A DNA stretch of 64,000 nucleotides from an uncultured Verrucomicrobiae bacterium (GTDB lineage: Bacteria; Chlamydiota; Chlamydiia; Chlamydiales; Rhabdochlamydiaceae), in NCBI GenBank assembly GCA_963718565.1, contig OY970364.1, forward strand, positions 1,376,001-1,440,000, written 5' to 3'. A program made the translations under genes and the position numbers. Shown in pieces: positions 49,712 to 59,080 of the stretch. Position 1 is the first letter of the stretch. Each line of letters starts with the position of its first letter. The notes under the pieces are model-generated. The model was not told the origin of the DNA. It did no database searches and saw only the letters and a list, made by a program, of their open reading frames with translations.

Positions 49712-50659
49712 ATGATCGGCGCCATGGATTCTCATGGTGAGTTAACAGATTTTTTTGTCGTTTCCTCCGAGGAAGCTAACACGCGCCTCGATAAACTGCT
49801 TTCCATCCATTTTCCAGAGCACTCTCGGACATATTTTCAATATCTCATCGAACGAGGATCTGTCCTCGTCAACGGGAAGCCTTTAAAGAAAAGGGAAACT
49901 CCACAAGTTGGGGATGAGATCGAGATCTGTTTTTTGTTAACTCCAGAAATTTCCTTAGAACCTCAAAACATTCCTTTGGACATTTTGTTTGAAGATGACC
50001 ATTTAATCGCGGTGAACAAACCTGCAAATATGGTGGTCCATCCAGCCCCCGGACATCCCAAAAATACTTTTGTCAACGCCCTTTTGTTTCACTGTAGAGG
50101 GAATTGCAATTCCCTCTACAGTATACCATCGATGGATCCCGTCCGCCCGGGCATTGTTCACCGCTTGGACAAAGACACTTCAGGAGTCCTCATCGCTGCG
50201 AAGACTGCGCAGGCTCATGCAAAATTGGTCGACCTGTTTTCTCATCGTCGTATTCAAAAGAGTTATTTGGCCATCTGCGTAGGCACCCCCAGGGAAGGAC
50301 TCATCGACGCACCTATTAAACGTCATCCCATTCACAGAAAAGAGATGGCAGTATGTTTTGAACACGGTAAAGAAGCCAAAAGCATCTGCAAAGTTTTAAA
50401 AAAAAATCAGCATCTTTCTTTCGTAGAAATCCAACTTTTGACAGGAAGAACACATCAAATCCGCGTCCATCTCAAACATCTCGGAGCTCCTATCCTCGGA
50501 GATCTCGTGTACGGGAGCCCTAGCGCAAATAAAAGATTTAATTCCATTCGACAACTCTTACACGCACATCAGCTCAGTTTTATCCATCCGATGACAAATT
50601 GTCCCATCCATCTTAAATCCCCTATCCCCCAGGATCTCTTTCAGTTTATACCGAAATGA
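49712..50659 (+). CDS. rluD: RluA/RluD-family pseudouridine synthase
   Basis: S4-like N-terminus RLDKLL; NKPANMVVHP, RPGIVHRLDKDTSG, TGRTHQIRVH. Confidence 0.93.
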   Translation: MIGAMDSHGELTDFFVVSSEEANTRLDKLLSIHFPEHSRTYFQYLIERGSVLVNGKPLKKRETPQVGDEIEICFLLTPEISLEPQNIPLDILFEDDHLIAVNKPANMVVHPAPGHPKNTFVNALLFHCRGNCNSLYSIPSMDPVRPGIVHRLDKDTSGVLIAAKTAQAHAKLVDLFSHRRIQKSYLAICVGTPREGLIDAPIKRHPIHRKEMAVCFEHGKEAKSICKVLKKNQHLSFVEIQLLTGRTHQIRVHLKHLGAPILGDLVYGSPSANKRFNSIRQLLHAHQLSFIHPMTNCPIHLKSPIPQDLFQFIPK

Positions 50660-50820
50660 ACTCAAGATTTGGTTTTTGGCTACGTCGGGCAGCCGCTGTA
50701 TTTGAGCCCGCCTGCATCGCACAACTTATTCAAGTTGTGCTGCTTCGGCGTCGTATATACTGGCTCAAATTCAGGGCGCCTCCTTGCCAAATTCCCAAAT
50801 CTTGAATTCATTTCGGTATA
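50647..50820. mobile_element. Family B MITE, 174 bp
   Basis: Full TIRs; overlaps the rluD stop. Confidence 0.93.
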
Positions 50821-50955
50821 CCGAAGTGATTAACAATCAAAGAGATTGATATTGATGCTAGCCGAATATATCTCTTTAAGTTATGCTCAAGTAAAAGTGT
50901 TTTTTTTCTTCTTCAACTGCTTATTCTCTGAGAATTCTAAATGAGGAACTGAATT

Positions 50956-51198
50956 ATGAAAGAGTTTGTAGAATATATCGTTAAGAATCTCGTCGATCAT
51001 CCTGACAAAGTTCGCATCAATGAAATAGGTGGTACTCATACTCTGATCATTGAACTTGCTGTTGAAAAATCTGATATCGGTAAAATCATCGGGAAAAAAG
51101 GAAAAACAATTAACGCGATCCGGACTCTTCTGATGTCGGTTGCTAGCCGTAATGGCATTCGCGTTAACCTTGAGATTATCGAAGAAGAAAAAGCTTAA
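50956..51198 (+). CDS. khpA: KH-domain RNA-binding protein KhpA
   Basis: VKNLVDHPDKV...DIGKIIGKKGKTINAIRTL. Confidence 0.9.
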   Translation: MKEFVEYIVKNLVDHPDKVRINEIGGTHTLIIELAVEKSDIGKIIGKKGKTINAIRTLLMSVASRNGIRVNLEIIEEEKA

Positions 51199-51238
51199 AT
51201 CTTTAGAGCCACTGGCGTGCATTTTCGCAAGCGGCTCT

Positions 51239-53884
51239 TTACCCAATCAGTTTGGGAAGATAGGGTGAGATCATCGCCTTGCGCGAATTGACCAGCCCAG
51301 CTTTGTATTTCAATATCGCTATCGGAAGCGCTTTTTTTCCTGAAATGACTTTCTTGGGCACCGACAAAAAGCTTTCTGTGAAGATTTGTTCGTAATCTTT
51401 TGCACTATCTCCGAAAAATTCGGCAGATAGTCCGTCTTTTTGGACCTGTGGAGAAGAACGGAAAGCATTGAGGAACACTTTCAGATGCTCAATGGATTGC
51501 TCTGTAAACGGAATCCAGATCCACAACTCATCTTTGTGTTTGTATTCTCCTTCGGTTCCTGCAAATAGATCTTCTGCGCCGGCAACCGTGCTAATCATTT
51601 GGAGATGTAAATCGACTTCTTTGCGTTCGCGATAGAAATCGAGAGCGTTGTCATACCAGCATTTGCGCAAAGGTTCTACATGCTTGGCAAAAGTGGAATA
51701 ATTACGAGAGAACATCTTTGTTTGTCCCACACGCGCGCAACCATTTTGCTCTTTGGTGTCGATGAAAAGAGTCGAGGGTTGCCTTTTAGCGCACAGCAGC
51801 ATGTTCTCCTCGATAGCATCTTCTTTAGCGAGATAGATTTTTCGATACAAAGAGTAGACATCGGAGTTTTGCACAATGCGCGTTGCAGCCTTTCGGACAA
51901 ACTCTTTGTCTCGAGGGATATCATCTAATGCAATGACTTCTACTTCTTTTTGCAACATTAATGATTTTAATCGATTGACCAGCTGGACCACACACTCGAC
52001 ATCGCGCTGAGAGACTTTGGTCAAGAGGTCAGTATCGTCCAGAATTCCATAGAGAAAATGTAAATACTCGACACATTCTCGAGTCGGATCGATAAAGAAA
52101 GAGTTTTTTTCTTCAGAGGCGAGCTGCCTTTGCAAAAGATGTTTCATCCGTCTTTTATTTTCTGATTCGGAAAGATCTTTACTGAGAGAAACGATCTGTT
52201 TTTCAATCTTTTCTCTGCCCATGCCTCCAGTGCTAAAGCGGTCATTGACCTTAAATGCTAGTTCGGCACAGATCACATTGGACGACTGGGAATCCGTGAT
52301 AAAGACAAGAGGGGTAGAGCTGGTTTGCAGATTGCTCTTGTGATGGTCGATGACGCTGATCACTTCAAAATAGGAAGGAATTTTAGTTTCCTCGCGATTA
52401 CAAAAATCGCGGAGAGTCACCGTCCCTAGCAGCGGTTTGTGCAAATCGTGAGCATTAACGATTCCCAATGGAATCAGTTTTCCATCTTTGTCCGTCATCG
52501 TCACAGTTAAATAGGGATAATCGCCCATTTTACTCTTGATCTCATCGACATCAGCCCGATAGCTCACATGTTGGGGCAAATCACCGAAAACACGTGTTTT
52601 GATATTCAATGCCACATCTAAACGCTCAACAAAACTGCGAACACTCTGAATCGCCTTGTCCAATCCTCCAATGATCTTTTCGAGGAAGTGGAAGATTCGA
52701 GGGCGATTTTCAACAAGAAAACCGGAACGATCAAACAAGGGAGATTTGTGAAGAGACTCGATGAGTGTGACAAATTCTTGGAAATCGAATAGACCAAGAT
52801 TTTTCATCCCTTTGGCAAAGCCCTCAAGAGTACTGTCCAATCCTTTTTGCACACCTAAAACTTTGATGAGATAATCTTGGACATATTTGCGCTGACGATC
52901 GGTAAATTCTTTTGCTGGTAGGAAATCGCAGAGCTTTGTCAAAGTCGCAATATTAACAAAGGAGGGAAGGTCCTTCAAAGAAAGACTTTCTTTTGCGAAA
53001 AGAGCGATGAGTTTTTGATGAAGATGATTTTCAAACCAGCGCAAGCAATTGTTAAGCATCAAAATGACCTGGCGGACGCCCTCGACATCAAAGTTGCACC
53101 AATCCCCGAGATAGTATCCTTGTTCATCGACAAGAACGATCGAATTTTGCATGCGCTCATGACCGATCATCAAGGTCGATTCATCGGTTTGTTTGCGGAC
53201 TAAGCCTTTTTGAGTCATCAAATCAATTCCAGACAAAGCAAGAGTCGTCCGCGTCTTAGCGAGATAATCAAAAACTCCTTCTCCGAAAATGTGATTGAAA
53301 AGCAGGCCGATCTCAATTTGTGAAGTCGGCGCGCCTCCTGGAATATTCCACAAGTGCAGCCCTTCAGCAACACGTGAGGCAAATGCATCCACCCAGCCCC
53401 AGAAAGAGGCAATTGTCGTGTCCAAATCGGGCGACCCGTGTGCTGTGACGAAATGGGAGCCAGGATAGATTTTTCCCATCCCAATCGGAAAGAAAACTTG
53501 ATATTCTTCTCTAGGAACTGCTTTACCCGCGATCTTCGCGCGCACTTCGTAATTTTTCTCTTCGCTCAATTGAGAAAACTGATTGAGCCATAGTTCGAAA
53601 TTAAAAAAAGCATAAGACTCTAAGATTTTATCCGCGTTGATACGCTCGATATAATCGAGCACAGCGGCAAGTAAAAAACAAGGAGGCTGCGTCTTCTCGA
53701 TCAGCTCGTACAGGACGTAATTGACGCGCTCGTTTTTCTGTTTGTCATTCAAACGCTGGAATTCTTTGCTTTGAAACTCTTTTAAAACTTGAGGAAGACC
53801 TTCAAACTTCTGGAGGGTAATTGCAAAATCGCTGAGATGTTTTGTATTTTGCTCGCCAGTAGAACTTCGTCCCCCCTTCTTCAT
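51239..53884 (-). CDS. Large DHH-family protein resembling a family II (Mn-dependent, CBS-type) pyrophosphatase
   Basis: AHGSPDLDT, LRDFCN, VIDHH, GILDDT in the expected order; CBS-like segments IVLVDEQGYYLG and DKDGKLIPLGIVNAHDL. Confidence 0.65.
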   Translation of the reverse strand: MKKGGRSSTGEQNTKHLSDFAITLQKFEGLPQVLKEFQSKEFQRLNDKQKNERVNYVLYELIEKTQPPCFLLAAVLDYIERINADKILESYAFFNFELWLNQFSQLSEEKNYEVRAKIAGKAVPREEYQVFFPIGMGKIYPGSHFVTAHGSPDLDTTIASFWGWVDAFASRVAEGLHLWNIPGGAPTSQIEIGLLFNHIFGEGVFDYLAKTRTTLALSGIDLMTQKGLVRKQTDESTLMIGHERMQNSIVLVDEQGYYLGDWCNFDVEGVRQVILMLNNCLRWFENHLHQKLIALFAKESLSLKDLPSFVNIATLTKLCDFLPAKEFTDRQRKYVQDYLIKVLGVQKGLDSTLEGFAKGMKNLGLFDFQEFVTLIESLHKSPLFDRSGFLVENRPRIFHFLEKIIGGLDKAIQSVRSFVERLDVALNIKTRVFGDLPQHVSYRADVDEIKSKMGDYPYLTVTMTDKDGKLIPLGIVNAHDLHKPLLGTVTLRDFCNREETKIPSYFEVISVIDHHKSNLQTSSTPLVFITDSQSSNVICAELAFKVNDRFSTGGMGREKIEKQIVSLSKDLSESENKRRMKHLLQRQLASEEKNSFFIDPTRECVEYLHFLYGILDDTDLLTKVSQRDVECVVQLVNRLKSLMLQKEVEVIALDDIPRDKEFVRKAATRIVQNSDVYSLYRKIYLAKEDAIEENMLLCAKRQPSTLFIDTKEQNGCARVGQTKMFSRNYSTFAKHVEPLRKCWYDNALDFYRERKEVDLHLQMISTVAGAEDLFAGTEGEYKHKDELWIWIPFTEQSIEHLKVFLNAFRSSPQVQKDGLSAEFFGDSAKDYEQIFTESFLSVPKKVISGKKALPIAILKYKAGLVNSRKAMISPYLPKLIG

Positions 53885-53917
53885 AGAAATTTATCCGACC
53901 CTTAAAAATTGAATAAA

Positions 53918-53991
53918 CGGATTGAGCAGGACTCGAACCTGCGACCGCCCGCTTAGAAGGCGGGTGCTCTATCCAGCTGAGCTATCAATCC
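53918..53991 (-). tRNA. tRNA-Arg(TCT)
   Basis: GGATTGATAGCTCAGCTGGATAGAGCA-CCCGC-CTTCTAA-GCGGG-CGGTCGCAGGTTCGAGTCCTGCTCAATCC-G. Confidence 0.96.
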
Positions 53992-54018
53992 ACGAGATTC
54001 CATCACCTCAAACGGCGC

Positions 54019-54047
54019 ATTTTAATACATTGCAATCGCTTTTGCAA
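54019..54047 (-). promoter_or_regulatory. Putative tRNA-Arg promoter
   Basis: TTGCAA-17 nt-TAAAAT followed by a GC-rich discriminator GCGCCG. Confidence 0.65.
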
Positions 54048-54108
54048 GCAAGTAAAAGCCTAGGGTGCAGGGTATAGGAAATTAAGAAGAATTTTTTAAA
54101 CTTGGTAA

Positions 54109-54418
54109 AAGTTTTTAAAGTGTCTCTTTTTCACATGTCGGGGACAAAGCACTGCGTGTCCTTTGTCCCCTGCTGGCCCCCTTGAGCTTCACCTCGCTGT
54201 GCCAAATCGCAGCGCAGGAGAGCCCACCAGGGCGTGGGGGGATCAGTGCTTTGCACGGCCCCCCGACGAGCACGCGATTTGGCACAGCGAGGTGAGTCTC
54301 AAGAAGGCTAGCGGGAAACGCGGACACGCCAGTGCCGTGTTTCCGACATATGAAATGGAGGCATTATTTCAATGCCTAGCTTCAACACCATGTGAAAAAG
54401 AAGCTGCTTAAAAAACTT
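54109..54418. repeat. ~310-bp GC-rich fold-back element
   Basis: Perfect 22-bp stem 54189-54210 / 54274-54295 inside ~80-bp imperfect arms; outer IR CTTTTTCACATG / CATGTGAAAAAG. Confidence 0.8.
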
Positions 54419-54421
54419 CTC

Positions 54422-56080
54422 TTAATTGCTTGTGCCCTGTTCCTTTGGAAGGACATCGATGGCCGCGTCAAAATCAGAGGAATTAGCTCGGTTGCGGAAA
54501 ACCTCCTCTTGACTTTGTGTTAGATTCTGATAATCCTCAAAAGAGTGGATGATGTGCGGTCTTACAAAAATAATGACGTTGCGCTTCTCGTCATGTTTCT
54601 TTGTTTTACTAAAAGCAGCCCCGATCAAAGGAAGTCCGCCCAGACACGGCAAACCTGCTTTATGCTGTGCTTTAGAATTGCGGATCATCCCGCTTAAAAT
54701 AAGGAAATGTTTGTCAGGGACATGGACATGTGTTGCCATGTTAGTTTTAGTCGTGCGTATTCCATTCACTGTCGTGTTGTTGTTGACAGGCTCATTATCG
54801 ACGCTTTCGGTGATCTCCTCATCGATACTCAAAGTAATGACATCTCCTTCTCCAAGCCGCGGTGTAATGCTCAAACTGACGCCGATATCGCGGTATTCGA
54901 TATTGGCAGTCATCTGCTGACTTTGACCCACAGTTTGAACGACAGAGCCCGTGAAAGGAATGTTGTCCCCAACAAAAATTGTTGAATTCTTGTTGTCTTG
55001 CGTGATGATTTTCTGATTTAAAACAATCGTACTACTCCCATCGACTTGCAATGCAGAGACGAGAGAACCTAAAGAAAAATAAGATTTGCCCCCATGCAGG
55101 ATCATATCACCGATGACGCTGAGATCAAACCCAGGCACCAAAGGAATTTGCCCAAGTCCCGTTGGGGTGTTTGACGCATTGATTCCTTGCATAGTCGACG
55201 CAAACGTCGCAGATTGTCCATGCGAGGGGGAAAAATTCCCGACGCCAAATCCCACCTTGTTAGAAAATTGCCCTCCTGCAGCCCATTGCAGACCAAATTC
55301 CAAGCCTTTCTTCACGTCAGTCTCAATGACAAGCACTTCGATAAAGACCTGTCTAAGCGGCTTATCTAGGCTTTCGACAAGTTTATTGAGTTTTTGCAAG
55401 GTCTCTGCATCTGCAGAACAGAGTAGGGAGTTGGTTGCTTTTACCCATTGCAGAGACTGAATTGCATTGATGAGTTTGATGGGGGCATTGGGTTGATTGC
55501 GAAGATCTGCTGCAACTTTTTTGAGAGATTCCTCGATCTCTGGACCTTCGTGATACTGCAATTTGTAGACAAAAAACTCATAGAGCTTGCTGTCCTTGAC
55601 ATCAATGTCTTCGGTATTTGAAGCCAAAAGCTGATCGGTGTGTTTCTGAGTGCTTGTTGGCACGCCATCCACTTCGCTACTGTTATGGATAACATAGTAC
55701 CCAGAGTTGTGAGAAACAGTAAGGCCATGTTTTTTAAGCAATTGAATCAAGGCCGTTACAACTATTTCTGCGCTCACTGCTTTTCCTGTCGACAATGAGA
55801 CATTAAAATTGAGATCTCGATTGTCGAAAATGAAATTCTCCGAAGAAATTTTACTGACAAAGCGAATGAATTCAATGACAGGAACATCATTGAAATTGAT
55901 ACAGTGTCCAACACAGTCCTGCTGCGGTTGCGGTTTAGACGCAACCTCTTCTTGATCTTCTTCCGTACTCAGCAGATAATCGGCACCTAAGAGGGACTGA
56001 TTGTGAGAGGATAACAGCAAACTTGCGAGGCCACCGCGGAAAATGAATTGTGTCAGTTTTTTAATCTTATTTCTGATCAT
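54422..56080 (-). CDS. Secretin (T3SS CdsC/SctC- or GspD-like outer-membrane ring protein)
   Basis: INFNDVPVIEFIRFVS (N0), YKLQYH, RQVFIEVLVIE, EYRDIGVSLSITP, PCLGGLPLIGAAF, IIFVRPHII. Confidence 0.9.
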   Translation of the reverse strand: MIRNKIKKLTQFIFRGGLASLLLSSHNQSLLGADYLLSTEEDQEEVASKPQPQQDCVGHCINFNDVPVIEFIRFVSKISSENFIFDNRDLNFNVSLSTGKAVSAEIVVTALIQLLKKHGLTVSHNSGYYVIHNSSEVDGVPTSTQKHTDQLLASNTEDIDVKDSKLYEFFVYKLQYHEGPEIEESLKKVAADLRNQPNAPIKLINAIQSLQWVKATNSLLCSADAETLQKLNKLVESLDKPLRQVFIEVLVIETDVKKGLEFGLQWAAGGQFSNKVGFGVGNFSPSHGQSATFASTMQGINASNTPTGLGQIPLVPGFDLSVIGDMILHGGKSYFSLGSLVSALQVDGSSTIVLNQKIITQDNKNSTIFVGDNIPFTGSVVQTVGQSQQMTANIEYRDIGVSLSITPRLGEGDVITLSIDEEITESVDNEPVNNNTTVNGIRTTKTNMATHVHVPDKHFLILSGMIRNSKAQHKAGLPCLGGLPLIGAAFSKTKKHDEKRNVIIFVRPHIIHSFEDYQNLTQSQEEVFRNRANSSDFDAAIDVLPKEQGTSN

Positions 56081-56304
56081 ATTTCGCGACTTGCCACGGA
56101 CATTATACGCAGCTTCTAACTTTTTTGAGTAGTGAATTCGAAAAAAACAGGTAAGAGCGTTAATAGCTTCTTATACGGCGCGCCGTATAGTTCTAAACGA
56201 GTTTTTGATTAAGATATTTTGAAAAGCCGCCTAAACGATTTGAGACTTGCAAGTTTCACCCCTCTGCGTGAATAATCATTGGGACTTTCTGGAGACATTC
56301 ACAG

Positions 56305-56793
56305 ATGAAAGCAGTCACAATCGATCAACTCGATATCAAAGACCACGTCCGATGGGCGCAGGACCAAGAAGATTACGACATTTCTTTTATTACAGAATCC
56401 CACCTTGTTGCACCCCATCCAGAAATCTTAGGAACCTCCGTCATCTATCCTTCCAAATTTGAAGAACTCTTTGAACTTCAAAAAAGAAATCTTCCTTGGG
56501 CCAGTTTTTCTCCTCCGAAAAATTTTCACATGTTCAGCAAACGCTTTTTTTCTTATCGATTGTTTCCCAATATTTATTGGGAAGAAAATGATGAAGAAGA
56601 GTCCTCGGAAGACAAAGAACACAATCACGATCTCATTCAAGAGGTTCTTCGCGTTAAAAAAAAAGAAAATGAAACTCAAACCTTATTCGAGAAAGATAAA
56701 ACTACCGTTTTAAATCTTTTGGAATCGATCCAATGGGCCAACCAATTGCTTAAGCAAATTAACGCCCGCAAACTTCAATACCAGAAAGGGTGA
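56305..56793 (+). CDS. Chlamydial hypothetical protein (DUF5399-like)
   Basis: TIDQLDI....RWAQDQ, LFEL..R..PWA.F.PP, C-terminal IN.R..QYQKG; family recalled from memory, not searched. Confidence 0.6.
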   Translation: MKAVTIDQLDIKDHVRWAQDQEDYDISFITESHLVAPHPEILGTSVIYPSKFEELFELQKRNLPWASFSPPKNFHMFSKRFFSYRLFPNIYWEENDEEESSEDKEHNHDLIQEVLRVKKKENETQTLFEKDKTTVLNLLESIQWANQLLKQINARKLQYQKG

Positions 56794-56802
56794 GGAATAC
56801 TT

Positions 56803-57570
56803 GTGACAATTGCTCTCTCAATTCTTGGCGCTTCAGGAAAAATGGGTCAACGAATCCTTCAACTCGCTCAAAAAGATCCCCAATTCCACATCGTTGGTCT
56901 GGGAGCCCGTAAAAAGTATTTTGAACTGCTCGCAGATCTCGTCGGTGATCATAGAGAACAAATGATACTTGCTTTAGATCCAGAATCCGTGCTTGCCAAC
57001 TGTGACGTGGCTATTGATTTCACTTCCCATGAGGCTACACGCAACCATCTGGAAGCAGCGATTGCCACAAAAAAAGCTCTGGTCATCGGCACCACAGGTC
57101 ATCTGCCAGACACTAATAAGGCAATTGAAGAAGCCTCAAAGACGATTCCTATTCTCTTTTCCCCCAATTTCAGTTTTGGGATTGCGCTTTGCTTAGAGGC
57201 GGTATCTCTTCTCGGTAAAAGGCTATACGGCAGCTGCACAATGGATATTCTTGAGACTCATCATGTTTACAAAAACGATCTGCCGAGCGGCACCGCTTTA
57301 GCTTTTGCAAATGCCGTTGGAAATGGTAAACCCATTTTAGAAAGTCATCGTACTCAGCCGCGTAAAAAAGAAGAAATCGTCATTCATTCGATCCGCTCGG
57401 GAGATGTGATCGGAGAGCATACGATCATTTTCGAATGCGGGCACGAACGGATTGAATTAAAGCATACAGCACATTCACGCGATGCCTTCGCCTATGGAGC
57501 TCTGATGGGTGCAAAGTTTCTGGCAAAACAAACCCCTGGTCTGTACTCGTTAAAAGATTTATTTAACTAG
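56803..57570 (+). CDS. dapB: 4-hydroxy-tetrahydrodipicolinate reductase
   Basis: GASGKMG, IDFT, VIGTTG, SPNFSFG, ETHH..K.D.PSGTA, SRDAFAYGA. Confidence 0.95.
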   Translation: MTIALSILGASGKMGQRILQLAQKDPQFHIVGLGARKKYFELLADLVGDHREQMILALDPESVLANCDVAIDFTSHEATRNHLEAAIATKKALVIGTTGHLPDTNKAIEEASKTIPILFSPNFSFGIALCLEAVSLLGKRLYGSCTMDILETHHVYKNDLPSGTALAFANAVGNGKPILESHRTQPRKKEEIVIHSIRSGDVIGEHTIIFECGHERIELKHTAHSRDAFAYGALMGAKFLAKQTPGLYSLKDLFN

Positions 57571-57617
57571 AGAGTGTTTTAGACTGGGCGCAGTATACCA
57601 TTGAATAAAACTCCTAG

Positions 57618-58463
57618 ATGGGATCATTATTGAGCGGTATGAAAGATGTCGCTGTAAAAAATTTCTTAATCGGCAGAAAACATCCCCTAGCGGTGATGTC
57701 AGGTCCGTGCGTCATCGAAAGCGAAGAGCATGCACTTTCTACTGCAGAAATGCTGGTGGAAATATTCCGCCCCCTGAAGGGATTCAATCTCATTTACAAA
57801 TCCAGTTACGACAAAGCCAATCGTTCTGCTTATTCTTCTTTCCGCGGTCCAGGCCTTGCAAAAGGGCTCAAAATCTTAGAACGAGTGAAAAAAGAATTTG
57901 ACATTCCTGTATTAACCGATGTCCACTCTCCTGAAGAAGCGACTGCTGCAGGTCAAGTCTGCGATATTTTACAAATTCCGGCCTTTCTCTGCCGTCAAAC
58001 GGATCTCATTGTCGCTGCGGCAAAAACCGGTGCAGTGATCAATGTGAAAAAAGGACAGTTTATGGCCCCTTGGGACATGCAAAATGTTGTCGATAAAATC
58101 CTTGCCGCCGGAAATGAAAAAATCATTCTCACGGATCGTGGGACGACGTTTGGTTATAACAACCTCGTCAGCGACATGCGCACCATCCCGATCATGCAAA
58201 AATTTGGTTTTCCCGTCTGTTTCGATGCCTCCCACTCGGTTCAAATTCCGGGTGGACTAGGCAGTGCCTCTGGAGGGCAGCGGGAGTTCATCCCCACATT
58301 AACGCGCGCTGCAATTGCTGCAGGCTGCAATTGCCTCTTTATCGAATCGCATCCCGACCCAACAACGGCTAAAAGCGACAACGACTCCGTCTATCCACTT
58401 TCCGAACTTCCTAAACTTCTGACTGAGGTGCTGCAAATTTATCATCTCGTTCAAGGTTTTTAA
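57618..58463 (+). CDS. kdsA: KDO8P synthase
   Basis: GPCVIES, KSSYDKANRS, QIPAFLCRQTD, VKKGQF, DASHSVQ, ESHPDP; the start may be ATG 57639. Confidence 0.97.
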   Translation: MGSLLSGMKDVAVKNFLIGRKHPLAVMSGPCVIESEEHALSTAEMLVEIFRPLKGFNLIYKSSYDKANRSAYSSFRGPGLAKGLKILERVKKEFDIPVLTDVHSPEEATAAGQVCDILQIPAFLCRQTDLIVAAAKTGAVINVKKGQFMAPWDMQNVVDKILAAGNEKIILTDRGTTFGYNNLVSDMRTIPIMQKFGFPVCFDASHSVQIPGGLGSASGGQREFIPTLTRAAIAAGCNCLFIESHPDPTTAKSDNDSVYPLSELPKLLTEVLQIYHLVQGF

Positions 58464-58465
58464 AA

Positions 58466-59080
58466 ATGTTTCGAAGAACGACGCTCTTTTCTTTACTTCT
58501 TTTAGGAATCATTGCCACTTTTTGGGGCTATTTTCTTGTTCACGTCCGTTCTGAAGACATCACACTGATCAAACAAAAGATTAGCGAACGAGAACTTGCA
58601 ACTTCGAAAAGCGTCTTCTCCACAACACAGCAACAGCGTCAGGGTGTTGTTAAAGAGATCTGGTTTTCTCAAGAAGACAACTCACGTCTGCATTACCGGA
58701 TTTCGAGTGAATCTTCCTTGCTGACGATCGTACCTGAAGGCAAAAGTTTTGATCTCATTGAAAAACTAGAAAAAATCAAATGTTGGATGCAAGATAAGCT
58801 CTATGAGCCCAGTGCTGGAGTGGGACCCATGCAGCAAATGCGCTTTCTCGTTGCTCAAGAGGGGCTGTATCGCTATTCATCGCAAGAATTTTTAGCGCAG
58901 ACCGTCGCTCTTTCTCTATTCCGGTTAGGCGGCCACGAGTTGCCCAAAGAGATAGCGTCTTCACAGCCATTCCTCAAAGGAATCGCTGAAGATGTTTCCT
59001 TTGCTGTCTCGGGAAAAAGTCCGCAATTCAAGGCCAAGCATTTCAAAGCCGAGCTCAACACGCTCGAGGAGAAAAAATGA
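58466..59080 (+). CDS. LptC-like membrane-anchored protein
   Basis: Single N-terminal TM; position between kdsA and lptB. Confidence 0.6.
   Translation: MFRRTTLFSLLLLGIIATFWGYFLVHVRSEDITLIKQKISERELATSKSVFSTTQQQRQGVVKEIWFSQEDNSRLHYRISSESSLLTIVPEGKSFDLIEKLEKIKCWMQDKLYEPSAGVGPMQQMRFLVAQEGLYRYSSQEFLAQTVALSLFRLGGHELPKEIASSQPFLKGIAEDVSFAVSGKSPQFKAKHFKAELNTLEEKK

Noticed and set aside
26562..50820. CRISPR array from the recurring palindromes
   Set aside because: Repeats are dispersed, 160-260 bp and TIR-bounded, with no regular spacers and no cas genes.
54115..54411. Two opposite-strand ORFs with similar peptides
   Set aside because: The similarity results from the DNA palindrome; no RBS or coding context.
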